From NCBI GenBank assembly GCA_021827945.1, contig JAKATW010000138.1:1-48651 (forward strand): a stretch of DNA of 48,651 nt, in the 5' to 3' direction. Each line of letters starts with the position of its first letter. Position 1 is the first letter of the stretch. The position numbers were made by a program, and so were the translations under genes. This document shows, in pieces, positions 17,031-27,700 of the stretch. This DNA is from Thermoplasmata archaeon. Lineage in GTDB: Archaea > Thermoplasmatota > Thermoplasmata > Thermoplasmatales > GCA-001856825. The notes below the pieces were generated by a model. It did not search any database. It was not told the origin of the DNA and saw only the letters and a program-made list of their open reading frames with translations.

Positions 17031-18089
17031 TTGGTAGTATCTGAAAAGGTGAAAGACCTCGTCATAAGAGGTTCCGTTTACGAAAATGGAAAAATGGAGA
17101 GTGGAACCTACAGTGTGTTTGAGGAGAAATTTGTAGACCCATCCATTAAGCACGACCTGGAGGGGACATTGATGAGGGCTCCAATCAATTTCCATACTCA
17201 CCTGGGAGATTCATTTATTGGTTCGGAGCCTGTGGGCAATCTAGAGCAGATAGTCGGACCCGGTGGATTCAAGATCAGAGCGCTAGAACATGCTGCTTCT
17301 TCTCTGATAAGGAAGAACATGAAGGAATCAATCGATTACATGGAGAGCCAGGGGACCTTGGCATTTTTTGATTTCAGAGAGTCAGGAATAAGAGGTCTCA
17401 AACTTGTGCCTAGATTCAGAGGAATAACTGGATATCTCCTGACAAGGCCAAATTCTTTAGACGAAACTGACCCGCTTCTAAGTATGTCCTCCGGATTTGG
17501 GATGAGCGCCTTATCAGATTACGAATTCGACTACCTTCGAAAATTGTCCAAGCAGGCACATAAAAGGAAAAAGTTATTTGCCCTCCATTTCAGCGAGAAC
17601 AAAAGGGAGAGCGTAGAAGACCTTAAAGAGTTGAATCCAGACTACGTCATCCACTGCATAGAAGCGACAGACCGTGACCTGGAAACACTAAAAAAATTGA
17701 ACATCCCTGTTTCAATAACTCCAAGGTCGAACATCTTTCACGGCAAGAGACCCGACTATTCAAGGCTCTTTGAGAAGGGACTGACCGTCACTCTGGGCAC
17801 AGACAACGCTTTCATAACTGAACCAGGAATTATGGAAGAAGCTGAGTTCCTCTACAGGTATCAGAGGGGGCTGAGTAGACTGAGCCCAGAGCAAGTCCTG
17901 TCAACAATCATAGACAATCCTAGGTCAGTCATGTCGAAACTCGGGCTCAGAGTGGGCGAAGAGAAATTCCTGTTTTACCCTAACGAACTTCTCACCCCCT
18001 ACCAGGTCGTGACCAGGCCCAACTACTATGACAAGTTTGTACTTTTAAAGAAGGACAATAGAATAAGTTTTATTCCGAGAAAACATTGA
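17031..18089 (+). CDS. Amidohydrolase-superfamily protein (chlorohydrolase/deaminase-like)
   Basis: It has the NFHTHLGDS metal-binding motif and later the HF, HC and GTDN motifs. The start codon is uncertain (TTG at 17031, in-frame GTG shortly after). Confidence 0.7.
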   Translation: MVVSEKVKDLVIRGSVYENGKMESGTYSVFEEKFVDPSIKHDLEGTLMRAPINFHTHLGDSFIGSEPVGNLEQIVGPGGFKIRALEHAASSLIRKNMKESIDYMESQGTLAFFDFRESGIRGLKLVPRFRGITGYLLTRPNSLDETDPLLSMSSGFGMSALSDYEFDYLRKLSKQAHKRKKLFALHFSENKRESVEDLKELNPDYVIHCIEATDRDLETLKKLNIPVSITPRSNIFHGKRPDYSRLFEKGLTVTLGTDNAFITEPGIMEEAEFLYRYQRGLSRLSPEQVLSTIIDNPRSVMSKLGLRVGEEKFLFYPNELLTPYQVVTRPNYYDKFVLLKKDNRISFIPRKH

Positions 18090-19354
18090 AGAAATGGGGT
18101 AGAAGCAATTTGGCCGACAACGATTTTATCAATCAATATAAAAAGAGGTTCAGTGAATCGGTTCAGGGCAACGAGGAAGCAGATACCGAATTCAAAAACA
18201 GGATTGAACTCGAAAATGAAGTTCCAATAAAGGTAGCCCTAGAACTTCTAAAGAAATACTCTGGAGATTTGAACACATTCTTCCAGTCGATTCCTCTAAA
18301 GGACATCAAGGATGGATATCAGGGTAATGTGCTAGGAAACGTCACCTCGATAAGGTGTATTGATTACGAGAAGGAAGGAAATAAGAGGATTAGGTGTGTG
18401 GGAACTCTTGAGGACAAAACGGGCAAGATTTCATTCACCGAATTCCCTGAAGGTTCAAGCAAGATTTCCAAGGGGGATCTCATATTAATCATGAACGCAC
18501 CGGTAGGGAGTTATAATGACCGCCCATACCTGACAATATCTTCCAGAATGGAGATTAACGTTCTTGAGAAGTCCAACCTGAAAAGTGCAGCTGGAGAAAA
18601 CTTGAAGATAAGGGATCTCAAGCCGGATATGTACGACGTTACGATCAAAGGCACTCTGAGATCGACGAGATCAAAGGAGAATGTGGGAAAGGACTCCGTG
18701 ACACTGTACTCTGGAATCCTGAACGATGAATCAGGGAATGTATCTGTCCAGAGCTGGGGAATACCACTAACAGATGGGGTGGTTGAAATCAAGGGAGCTT
18801 CTGTCAAGCAGTTTAAGGAAAGATTGTACCTTCAGATCGGGAAAGGTACAAAAATAATAGTTGTTTCAAGGGAAAGCGGCCAGTTTGAGAACTTGGAACA
18901 ACTTGCAGGTTCTCAGAATGGGACTGCGAAAGGAGACGGCATAATTCTCAAGATAATGGACAAGAATCTCGTGGTCTCGGTCTGCACGGTCTGTCAGAGG
19001 GTTGCAAAGGAAGGCAAGTGCTTAAATCATCCAGACGCACCGATTGAGAGAATACTTCGCTTATCGATGATTGTAGACGATGGATTTTACTCCCCTCTGG
19101 TCTATGTATACCAGAAGGTGATGGAACGGTATGTATCGGGAGGAAAAGAAACCATCAAGAGGGCGATAGCGAACGGCAAGGAAATAGAAGTGCTCGAGGA
19201 GCTGAAGCGGAAGGTCGTTATGAAACCTGTACAGTTCGTTATATATGGATTCAGAGGAACTTCTGGAACATACATGGAGGCACAAGAGTTGAACATACTA
19301 GACGATAAGGCGATAGGAGAAGAGTACCAGAAAGTGACAGAGGGATTGAGATGA
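18086..19354 (+). CDS. rpa: Replication protein A (RPA) large subunit with OB folds and a Zn finger
   Basis: Repeated OB-fold-like segments are followed by CTVCQRVAKEGKCLNHPDAP (a C-x2-C...C-x-H zinc motif). The TTG start forms a TTGA overlap with the upstream stop. Confidence 0.8.
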   Translation: MKKWGRSNLADNDFINQYKKRFSESVQGNEEADTEFKNRIELENEVPIKVALELLKKYSGDLNTFFQSIPLKDIKDGYQGNVLGNVTSIRCIDYEKEGNKRIRCVGTLEDKTGKISFTEFPEGSSKISKGDLILIMNAPVGSYNDRPYLTISSRMEINVLEKSNLKSAAGENLKIRDLKPDMYDVTIKGTLRSTRSKENVGKDSVTLYSGILNDESGNVSVQSWGIPLTDGVVEIKGASVKQFKERLYLQIGKGTKIIVVSRESGQFENLEQLAGSQNGTAKGDGIILKIMDKNLVVSVCTVCQRVAKEGKCLNHPDAPIERILRLSMIVDDGFYSPLVYVYQKVMERYVSGGKETIKRAIANGKEIEVLEELKRKVVMKPVQFVIYGFRGTSGTYMEAQELNILDDKAIGEEYQKVTEGLR

Positions 19355-20130
19355 AGCAGAGAGAGCCAGCCGTTAGAATCAGCACTCCCGAGCTGCTCGG
19401 TATGGACGAAATTTACAAGGAAGAGGGAGAAGATGGAACTACCTATGGTCTCTCCGAGCTCGGATTGCTTGTGAACAGATTCCTGTTAGTGGGAAAATTT
19501 GTAGGGAAGTCTGATGAGGACGAGCGCTCCATACTAAGAGTGAAAGATAGCTTCAACGAAGTTTCGCTCTATGTCGGGTCTTACTACTCAGACAGTCTGG
19601 AACTACTGGAGGAGCTCACAGAGAGTGATAATGTTCTCGTTGTAGGCAAGGTCTCAATTTCAAGCGCACAGTCGCAGTTTTCCAAGAGGTTCTACCTAGA
19701 AAACATATCAAGGATATCGGAACTGGAAAGAAAGTATTTAGAAGCTAAGGCTGTTCAATTCCTTAGCGATAGAGTCAAGAAAATCTCGAGAGCGATCTCT
19801 TCGGGAATCAAGGAAAAAGAGGAATTATCTACCCTTTTGAACTCTGAAAAGAACGGAATCGGACTCAGCAGACGGTTCGAGCTAAAGGGATCTATTGATG
19901 TAGAGAAATTCTCAGATCAGGTAAACATCTTCCTTCAAAGCGTGAACAAGAGTAACAGGGACAGCATACTGAAAGAGATCAAGAACTACCGGGAAATTTC
20001 CATGGATGAGATAGCAGACAAGTTTGATGGCAAAATACCGAGAGAAGAATTAGAGAATGAGATACGGGACCTTATGAACGATGGTGAGATAATGGAGATA
20101 AAAACGGGAATCTACCGATACGTCCCTTAA
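19351..20130 (+). CDS. RPA32-like/RPA-associated OB-fold protein with a C-terminal winged helix
   Basis: It has an ATGA overlap with the rpa gene. The central segment is OB-like (RFLLVGKFVG...VLVVGKVS). The C-terminal segment ISMDEIADKF...IRDLMNDGEIMEIKTGIYRYV is wH-like. Confidence 0.6.
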   Translation: MKQREPAVRISTPELLGMDEIYKEEGEDGTTYGLSELGLLVNRFLLVGKFVGKSDEDERSILRVKDSFNEVSLYVGSYYSDSLELLEELTESDNVLVVGKVSISSAQSQFSKRFYLENISRISELERKYLEAKAVQFLSDRVKKISRAISSGIKEKEELSTLLNSEKNGIGLSRRFELKGSIDVEKFSDQVNIFLQSVNKSNRDSILKEIKNYREISMDEIADKFDGKIPREELENEIRDLMNDGEIMEIKTGIYRYVP

Positions 20131-20131
20131 A

Positions 20132-21613
20132 TCAATGTCTAAACGCCCTTTCCTTTACTTCTATGAAAGTAAGTAGCTTCTTGTTAGCATAGTCTATGAC
20201 TTCCGCATCACGGATTGACCCCATCGGAGCGGCAATGTTCTTTATGCCGTAATCGTCAATCAACTCCAACGAGTCCGCAAAAGGAAAGAAGCCGTCAGAG
20301 ACCAGGACCGCTGAAGGGCCAATTCTACCAGAGTCCTTTGCCTTATTGAGAGCTAACCTGACCGAATCGACCCTGTTGGGTTGCCCTCCACCTGAGGACA
20401 GGAGCCATCCGTCTTTCACGATAGCTACCGCATTGCTCTTAATTGATTTGGCTACTTCCCATCCAAAAAGCATGTCTTTCAATAGCACCTCGTCAGGTGA
20501 CCCGCTCCGTATTTCATACGAAAGGTCTGACCTCTTATTCCATTCCTGAACCAGTATTATATTTCCAGCACTCCTGACGTCGGGAACAGAGTAGACGTCA
20601 TCACGTCCCTTCAAGAGCCTTAGGTTTTTCTTTTTATCTAGCCGCTCATAGGCTTCCCTCTCATAGTCCCTTGCAATAATGACTTCGAGGAATTTGTCTT
20701 TGAGAAAAGAGGCGTGCTCCGAATTTACGAGTCCGTTGTAGGCGAGGATTCCTCCATAGGCCGATACGGAATCGGTATCATATGCTCTTTCGATTGAGTG
20801 AGATCCAGTGGCAGCTCCGCAGGGAGAGGCATGCTTTACCACGGAGGATGATCCTCTTTCTAACCTAAGCACAAGTTCCCAAGCTGCCCATGCATCTATG
20901 ATATTGTTAAAGCTGACTTCCTTGCCTTTCTTCAGAATCTCGAAGAAAGGGGGATACATGGCGTACGAATGAGCGGATTGATGTGGGTTTTCTCCGTACC
21001 TCAACCTTTCATATTCTCTCCCCCCCGTAACGAAGATCTCTCCTAATCCATCAAGCCACTGAGAGATCGCATAGTCATAGTACGAAGTCAGTCTGAAGGT
21101 CTCTCCTGCCAGAGATCTCCTCAGTTCCGACGGGATCTCTCCATCCTTCATGGTGCTCATTACATTATCCATTGACGCCCTGCCCGGTACCACCACGACC
21201 CGTTGATAATTCTTGGCAGCTGCCCTCAGCATAGTGACTCCTCCGATATCAATGAATTCTACAAGATCCTCTGCCCCTTTGAGAAAAGAACCGAGAAAAT
21301 CATACAGTTCGACGTATACCAAATCTATTGGCAAGTAACCGAACTTCTCGAGATCACCGTCATTCCTGTCTTTCGCCAATAGTCCTGCTAGGAGTGATGC
21401 CGACAGTGTCTTCACCCTGCCTCCCAGAATCTCTGGATTTCCGGTCAATTTCTCGACGCTTTCGCACGATATTCCATGGCTCTCCAGATACGACCTTGTC
21501 CCAGACGTGCCAAAGATCTTGAACTTGTTAGATGACAAGAAAGATCCAATTCTTTCAAGTCCTTCCTTATTCGAGACCGAGATTATTGCATTTCTACCTT
21601 CTTCGGTTCTCAC
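20132..21613 (-). CDS. purH: Bifunctional AICAR transformylase / IMP cyclohydrolase
   Basis: The N-terminal MGS-like domain is AIISVSNKEGL...FGTSGT...GGRVKTL. The AICARFT domain has KHASPCG and GGGQPNRVDS. It has a GTG start. Confidence 0.9.
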   Translation of the reverse strand: MRTEEGRNAIISVSNKEGLERIGSFLSSNKFKIFGTSGTRSYLESHGISCESVEKLTGNPEILGGRVKTLSASLLAGLLAKDRNDGDLEKFGYLPIDLVYVELYDFLGSFLKGAEDLVEFIDIGGVTMLRAAAKNYQRVVVVPGRASMDNVMSTMKDGEIPSELRRSLAGETFRLTSYYDYAISQWLDGLGEIFVTGGREYERLRYGENPHQSAHSYAMYPPFFEILKKGKEVSFNNIIDAWAAWELVLRLERGSSSVVKHASPCGAATGSHSIERAYDTDSVSAYGGILAYNGLVNSEHASFLKDKFLEVIIARDYEREAYERLDKKKNLRLLKGRDDVYSVPDVRSAGNIILVQEWNKRSDLSYEIRSGSPDEVLLKDMLFGWEVAKSIKSNAVAIVKDGWLLSSGGGQPNRVDSVRLALNKAKDSGRIGPSAVLVSDGFFPFADSLELIDDYGIKNIAAPMGSIRDAEVIDYANKKLLTFIEVKERAFRH

Positions 21614-21718
21614 GACTCTGATATCATCGGACTGTATTAAACTGTTTTTTCAAACCTTTGGTAAGTTTCTGATATATAAGTAAAATAACAAAAATTTTAA
21701 TCGTAAAAAGAAATCTTA
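21614..21718. promoter_or_regulatory. Divergent promoter region between purH and metK
   Basis: AT-rich 105-nt spacer. TATA-like atatataa lies at 21672-21679 and aaaattttaa at 21691-21700 upstream of metK. On the other strand, tttaatac lies about 25-30 nt from the purH GTG. Confidence 0.35.
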
Positions 21719-22936
21719 GTGAATATGGTGGAAACCGTAATGCCTAGGAATATAGTCGTTGAATCTCTGCCTCAGGCCCTAGTTGAGGAGAGAGAAGTCG
21801 AAATTGTAGAACGAAAGGGAATCGGTCATCCCGATTCCGTATCTGACGGAATTGCTGAGGCAGTAAGCAGATCTCTATCTAAATACTACATTGAAAACTA
21901 CGGCAGAATACTGCATCACAACACCGACCAGGTAGAAGTGGTTGGAGGTCAATCTCAACCAGAATTCGAGGGTGGAACCATTCTTGAACCGGTATACATT
22001 CTGCTTTCAGGAAGGGCAACCACAACCGTGAATGGGAAGAGGATTCCTTACAGGAGCATCGCAATAAAGGCAGCTTCTGACTTCCTTAGAAACAGGTTTG
22101 ATACCCTGAACATCGAAAGCGACGTCATGATAGACTGTAGAATTGGCCATGGATCAATAGATCTGAGGTCTCTGTACGATACGACAAAGCTACTATCAAA
22201 CGATACTTCATTCGGGGTAGGTTTTGCCCCGTATTCGGAAACGGAACGGGCAGTCATGAGGGCAGAAAACTATATCAATTCTGACCTGAAAAGAACAATT
22301 CCGGCACTTGGATACGACGTCAAAGTCATGGGATTCAGGAAGAACGACACAATCAACCTGACAATAGCCGCAGCGATGGTTGGTAAGTACATCAAGAACG
22401 GAGAGGATTATGTCGATAAAAAGGAGAGGGCAAGAGAGCTTATAGAGAAGTACGTTCAAAAGGAATCAAAGCGCGAAATAAGGGTCTCGGTCAACACAGC
22501 AGATAATCCGAAAGAAAAACTCTACTACCTTACGGTTACAGGACTCTCTATGGAGAATGGAGACGACGGATCTGTAGGGAGAGGAAACAGAGTCACTGGT
22601 CTGATAACGCCATACAGGCCTATGAGCATGGAGGCAGCTGCAGGCAAGAACCCAGTGACGCACGTCGGGAAGCTCTACAATCTAGCTGCAATGAAAATTG
22701 CAGAACAGTGCATAAAGGAATCAAGCGGAGAAGTCCCGGAAATACACGTAAGAATCGTATCACAGATTGGAAGGCCCATAGACGATCCTCACGTAGCAAA
22801 TCTCCAGATTGTTGGCACAAACGAACAGACATCAAAGAAATACACCAAAGACTTTACCCGAATAGCAGACGACTGGCTGGCCAATCTGAACAGAATAACA
22901 AAGATGTTGGTCGCGGGGGAAATAAACACATTCTGA
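21719..22936 (+). CDS. metK: Archaeal-type S-adenosylmethionine synthetase
   Basis: [17 protein letters not shown] together with a length of about 400 aa is diagnostic of the archaeal MAT family. The real start may be the ATG at 21725. Confidence 0.9.
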   Translation: MNMVETVMPRNIVVESLPQALVEEREVEIVERKGIGHPDSVSDGIAEAVSRSLSKYYIENYGRILHHNTDQVEVVGGQSQPEFEGGTILEPVYILLSGRATTTVNGKRIPYRSIAIKAASDFLRNRFDTLNIESDVMIDCRIGHGSIDLRSLYDTTKLLSNDTSFGVGFAPYSETERAVMRAENYINSDLKRTIPALGYDVKVMGFRKNDTINLTIAAAMVGKYIKNGEDYVDKKERARELIEKYVQKESKREIRVSVNTADNPKEKLYYLTVTGLSMENGDDGSVGRGNRVTGLITPYRPMSMEAAAGKNPVTHVGKLYNLAAMKIAEQCIKESSGEVPEIHVRIVSQIGRPIDDPHVANLQIVGTNEQTSKKYTKDFTRIADDWLANLNRITKMLVAGEINTF

Positions 22937-22942
22937 AAACCC

Positions 22943-23392
22943 ATGTTCGTCCAGTTCAGATTGTTCAATCCTTCCCAACTTGGTGAAGTAATTGAGATAG
23001 CCAAGAAGAATCTGACGGAGAGATATAACGACTTTGTGTTCCTAGACATACAGAGGTCGTGGCCATCCGGATTCATCCTGGGAATGTCTGATCAGACAAT
23101 AGCTGGATTCATATGTGGTGGAATATCCGGTGAGAAAGAGGCAAGAATTCTCATGCTCGCCGTCGATACTCCATTCAGACGGAACGGTATAGGAACTGGC
23201 TTGATGTCTCTCTTTGAACAGGAGGCTGTCAATGTCAAGGTGAGCAGGGTGAAACTCGAAGTCAGAACGGACAATACCGATGGAATCAATTTCTACAGGA
23301 ATCACGGATACTCTGTTTCCAGCCTGCTTCCGTCATATTACAACGATGGCTTTGACGCTTACGTGATGGAGAAACCCCTGGTCAAACCCTGA
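22943..23392 (+). CDS. GNAT N-acetyltransferase (RimI/Ard1-like)
   Basis: The acetyl-CoA motif is LAVDTPFRRNGIGTGLM and the C-terminal segment is FYRNHGY. The product is 149 aa. Confidence 0.8.
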   Translation: MFVQFRLFNPSQLGEVIEIAKKNLTERYNDFVFLDIQRSWPSGFILGMSDQTIAGFICGGISGEKEARILMLAVDTPFRRNGIGTGLMSLFEQEAVNVKVSRVKLEVRTDNTDGINFYRNHGYSVSSLLPSYYNDGFDAYVMEKPLVKP

Positions 23393-23433
23393 CAGTTTCA
23401 CTATTTGAAAACCTGATCCTTGTTCGTTTCCGA

Positions 23434-23820
23434 TTACCTTCCCCTCAAATGATTTTCTCGAAATTTTTCATTCGCAATATGATACCTTTTTATCATCCAC
23501 CTCAGCAGGGGAATCTGAGGAATGAAAGGAATGAGGTAAAAAGTGTAGAGTGGAAATCCTAGGTACATGAAGGATAGTTGAGGGAGGAAAAGGAGGAATA
23601 GCCAGTAAGGGTTGCTTTTTCCACCGTAATACCAGAAAGCGACAGGTGGAGCGAAAAGGAGAAGAACAAGGGTATCGAGAAACACTTGAAAGACATAGTA
23701 GGAAAGGGGCAATCCACCGACATAGAATAGCTGGTTTACAAGAATAGCGGCATATACTAAAACGGAAGTCAACAGTACGGAATATAAATAGATCGGGGCT
23801 TTCCTGCTATCAGTGATCAT
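23434..23820 (-). CDS. Integral membrane protein, unknown function (128 aa)
   Basis: ORF track. It has four hydrophobic, aromatic-rich segments. Confidence 0.5.
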   Translation of the reverse strand: MITDSRKAPIYLYSVLLTSVLVYAAILVNQLFYVGGLPLSYYVFQVFLDTLVLLLFAPPVAFWYYGGKSNPYWLFLLFLPQLSFMYLGFPLYTFYLIPFIPQIPLLRWMIKRYHIANEKFRENHLRGR

Positions 23821-23939
23821 TCATTTTCATTTCACCATAGGAGAACGGACTAATAGCGTTAACTGTGGTAATTGCCTGGCACAGTCCACTCTAAAAGTGA
23901 CCACAGTTCAGACATTGACTCTCTGTTCAGGGGGTATAG

Positions 23940-24719
23940 CTAGACCGCGAAATCATCCTCTTCCAGTTTAATTTCTGGAACAGGAGCTGTAGTTCCGTCT
24001 TTCTTCAGTATCTTGACCCATATGTTTCCAAATGGGATCTCCTGGTTTAGCTCTATCCTGCGGTAGTATGCCAGGAAGAGTGCAGATTGAAAGACGTTGA
24101 TAACATCATCTGGAGTTTGCTCCAAAATTGACTCCATTGTGAAGTGATCCTTCTTGGACTGGAGCATTCTCTTCCATACCTCCCCTATGATTACCTGGAA
24201 ATCCTCAGGATGAGCCGTCTCCTGGAATATGATCCTCTTTGCTTTTCTGACGGTATTTCTCAGCAGGCTCAGGGGAGTGTTCTTTATCGCTTCAACGATG
24301 TCTTCTATCGTAACGTTTCTCTTCTCAACTGGCAGATAGCCCAGAGAGATGTCAGGAACGGGCAGTTCCTCCTGGCCCACCTCAAGTGGTTCGTCCGTGA
24401 ATTCCTCGGGCTCTTCTGGCTGTGGCAGCAGCAGCTCGCTCTTGTTCCTTATGTTGATCCATGCAAAGTAGACTATCTTGCCTGCTACTGGGAAATCCCT
24501 GAAATATTGATTGACTTCGTTCAGGAAGATTGATGTGAATTTCTCAAGATCGATGTTCCAGGGGTCAAGACCGTATTTATCGACGACCTCCAGTACCTTG
24601 AGGATCACCTCCGCTCTCTTGTTTTCAATTTCTGGAGATATCTCCTCCTCCATTATCTTCTCTATCACTGCCTGATCTCTGTTCTTGTTGAGTATCTCAG
24701 CTACCAGCTCTGTGCTCAT
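23940..24719 (-). CDS. scpA: Segregation and condensation protein A (kleisin)
   Basis: It has an ATGA overlap with the smc stop. The N-terminal segment DPWNIDLEKFTSIFL and its length are typical of ScpA. Confidence 0.8.
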   Translation of the reverse strand: MSTELVAEILNKNRDQAVIEKIMEEEISPEIENKRAEVILKVLEVVDKYGLDPWNIDLEKFTSIFLNEVNQYFRDFPVAGKIVYFAWINIRNKSELLLPQPEEPEEFTDEPLEVGQEELPVPDISLGYLPVEKRNVTIEDIVEAIKNTPLSLLRNTVRKAKRIIFQETAHPEDFQVIIGEVWKRMLQSKKDHFTMESILEQTPDDVINVFQSALFLAYYRRIELNQEIPFGNIWVKILKKDGTTAPVPEIKLEEDDFAV

Positions 24720-27700
24720 GTTGTTGCCACCTCCTCTCTCTGTTCCAGTTCCTTAGTGAACACCGTACTGTTCTTGTCCTGGTAAGTGACTCCAATTATC
24801 TGGTGTGCATACTTCATCGTTGCCTTTCTGAGAGTCACAGCAATGATCTGTGCCGTCTCGGAATTTCGTCTGAATAGTCTCCCAACATTCTCTGCATTCA
24901 CGCCGTCTAAGAACATATCAACCTCGTCCATGAAGTAGATCGGTGACGGGTCGTAGTTCTGTATAGCTATTATCAGCGAGAGGGCGGCAATGCTCTTTTC
25001 TCCTCCACTCAGGGAGGCGAGATTGTCCAATTTCTTCCCCTTGGAGGATGCTTTTATCATCAGCCCTCCCTGGAAAGGATTTGTCACGTTCTCCAGAAGG
25101 AGATATCCCTCTCCTCCGTTCGTGAGTTCCTTGTAAATGTCTATGAAATTCTTGTTGACTGCCTCGAATACCTCCAGGAACACCACTTTCTTCTGCTCTT
25201 CTAGCTTTCCTTCAAGCTCACCGAGCCTCTTCATCTCCCCGTCGAGGCGATCTCTTTTTCCGATCAGTTCGTCCAGCCTTGCCTTTTCCTCTGCGTAATC
25301 ATTTATGCTTTTGAGATTGATGGGTTCCATCTCATGAAGCTGGTTTTCCAGCCTGTTCATTTCCTTCTTTATCTCTTCGATTGACCTCTGATCCTCAATG
25401 ATCTCGAACTTTTTCTCCGCTATTGTCTTATCAAGTTCGGTTATTCTCTGAGAGGCATCTTCCATCTTTGCTTGAAGTGACAGCAAGAAATCCATTTTTG
25501 TCTTCTTGATCGTAGTCTTTGAGTCCACTTCAGACCTTATCTTGAATCTCTCGTTGGTGATATTCTCTATCTCCTCTCCCCTCTTCTTGAGTTTGCCTTC
25601 CTTTGATTGATAGACGGACATTAGAGTGTCTAGCTCTCCTTTCACTCTTTGGAGCGAGCCCTGCATATCATCAGATGACTTCTTTCCCTTTGCAAACTCG
25701 TCCTGCTTGGCCTCTATGGATTCTTCCACAGAGTCATGGTTCGCTTTCAGACCACTCAATGTCATCTTCTGTTCGTTTAGGATTGCGAGCTTTTGTTCGA
25801 CCTCATTCTTCAGGTCACTCAGCTTCTGCTTCATCATTCTTATTTCTTCTCTCGTCTTCTTGTCCATTGCCCTGTCTTTCTCTGTGTTCAGCTTCTCAAT
25901 TTGTGAATTTATTGAAACAAGTTCTGAATTTATCTGGTCGATCGCACCCGTCTCTGCCTGCTCATCCTTCGTACCTATTTCGAGCAACTTCCTCCTCTCG
26001 TCCAAGTACCCCTTCTTCTTTCTGAGTTGTTCCTCGAGCTCCTTCTTTCTGCTGAGAATTTGGGTGAACTCGCCCTCGCTCTTCCCGACCTCAACGTGCG
26101 CCTTGTTAATTTTTTCTGCGAGACCTCTGAGCTCGTTTTCCAAGAGTGAAAGTTCGTTTCTTATCTCTACCCTTCTTCCCTTGAGTGCAGACAGTTTTGC
26201 GGTAAGTCCTTCAAGGTCCTTCCCGACCTCTCTCTTTGGAAGCATGCCTCCCGTCATGGCATTGCTCGGGTCTATGAGATCACCGTCGAGAGTAACAATT
26301 CTGACTCCACCCATAACTTCCCGAGCGACCTTCATGTCCCTGACAAGGAGAGTATCGGAAAAGACGTAGCTGACAATGTCCTTCATAGATTCGTCTGCAG
26401 AGACCTTCTCAGAGAGGAAGCCCATCGTAGACTTATCCTGTGCCAGCATGACTGCCTTCCCTCTGGGTCTCAGTGGTATGATCTTGTTGAGCGGCAGGAA
26501 TGTCAGTCTTCCCTTTCCCTTCCTCTTTAGGGTTTCGATTGCTGATTGAGCGTCTTCGTCTCTCTCCACCACGATGCTGAAGAGCCTGTTACCTCCTGCA
26601 GCCCTGACGGCTTTTTCGTTATCTGGTAAGTATGATATCAGTGAATCAACGGTGCCCCTTATTCCCTTCAGGTTTCCATTTGCGGATTCCACATTTATGA
26701 AATTTATACTCTCCCATACTCCAGAGAGTTTGACCCCCTGGACTTTTCCGACTTCACTCTCAGACTTCTCGATCTGCGTAGTGATTTCCTCTTCATCTCT
26801 TCTCATCTGCTCTATTTTCTTCTTCGTTTCCAGGTAGAGTTTGTTGAAATCTTCTCCCTGGGGGTTTGCTTTTTTGAGGTTTTTGGATCTCCAGTCTGCG
26901 TCCTTGATCGAAAACTCCAGATTGGCGATTTCCTCTTCAATCTTGGAAATCTCCTCCATTATTCCCGAATTCCTGGCCTGGATCGATGACATGTTTGATT
27001 TGTGCTTGGCCAGCTCGTTGAGCGTATTCTCTTTCTGCTTGTTTACTTCATTCATTGCCTTGGTCAGGTCCTCGAACTTGTCAACCGAAGTGGCAGACTT
27101 GTTTTCCATATCCTGGATGCTGAGCTCCAATTCCTTGAGTTCGTCATTCTTTAACTTTAAATCATCCTCAAGTCCCTTGACCTTGGATTCAGCCTGTCTG
27201 ACCTCATTCTCCAGTTTCTTCTTTCTTGCAGTGAGCTCTGATATCTCCTTCTTGATCTGGGAGATCGTCCCATGGAGATTCTCGTGCTCCATGTTGATCT
27301 TTGCATAATTGATCTTGCTTGCATCAAGATCGTTCTTTATCCTCTGGAATTCCTCAAGCTCCTTGTTGTTTTCCTTGAGAATCTCTATCTTCTTGTCCAA
27401 CTCGTCCCCCTTTGATATCAGTTGCTTTATCTTTTCGTCTGCGGAGTTTACTTCTCCATTAATCTTATCCATTTGCTCTTTTATCGTTGATATCTCGCTC
27501 TCTGTATCGCCTTTCTTCCTGTACAGGAGGATCGATTCGTCTTTCTCAATTTCTCTTTTCTTTGAAAGGTATGCCTCTGCCTGCTCCTTTTCCTTTGTAA
27601 GAAGTTCCACCCTTCCGGACAGTTCTGTTACCAGCGCCTGAACGGTCACCATGTTCTCCCTTGTCTTGTCCTTCTCGTTGTTCGCTTTCTCTATTTCATT

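Noticed and set aside
25603-27641. Five plus-strand ORFs (87-247 aa) inside the smc gene
   Set aside because: They are Ser/Phe/Leu-rich, low-complexity mirror images of the Glu/Lys/Leu-rich coiled-coil codons on the coding strand. They have no motifs and are fully embedded in a confidently identified gene.
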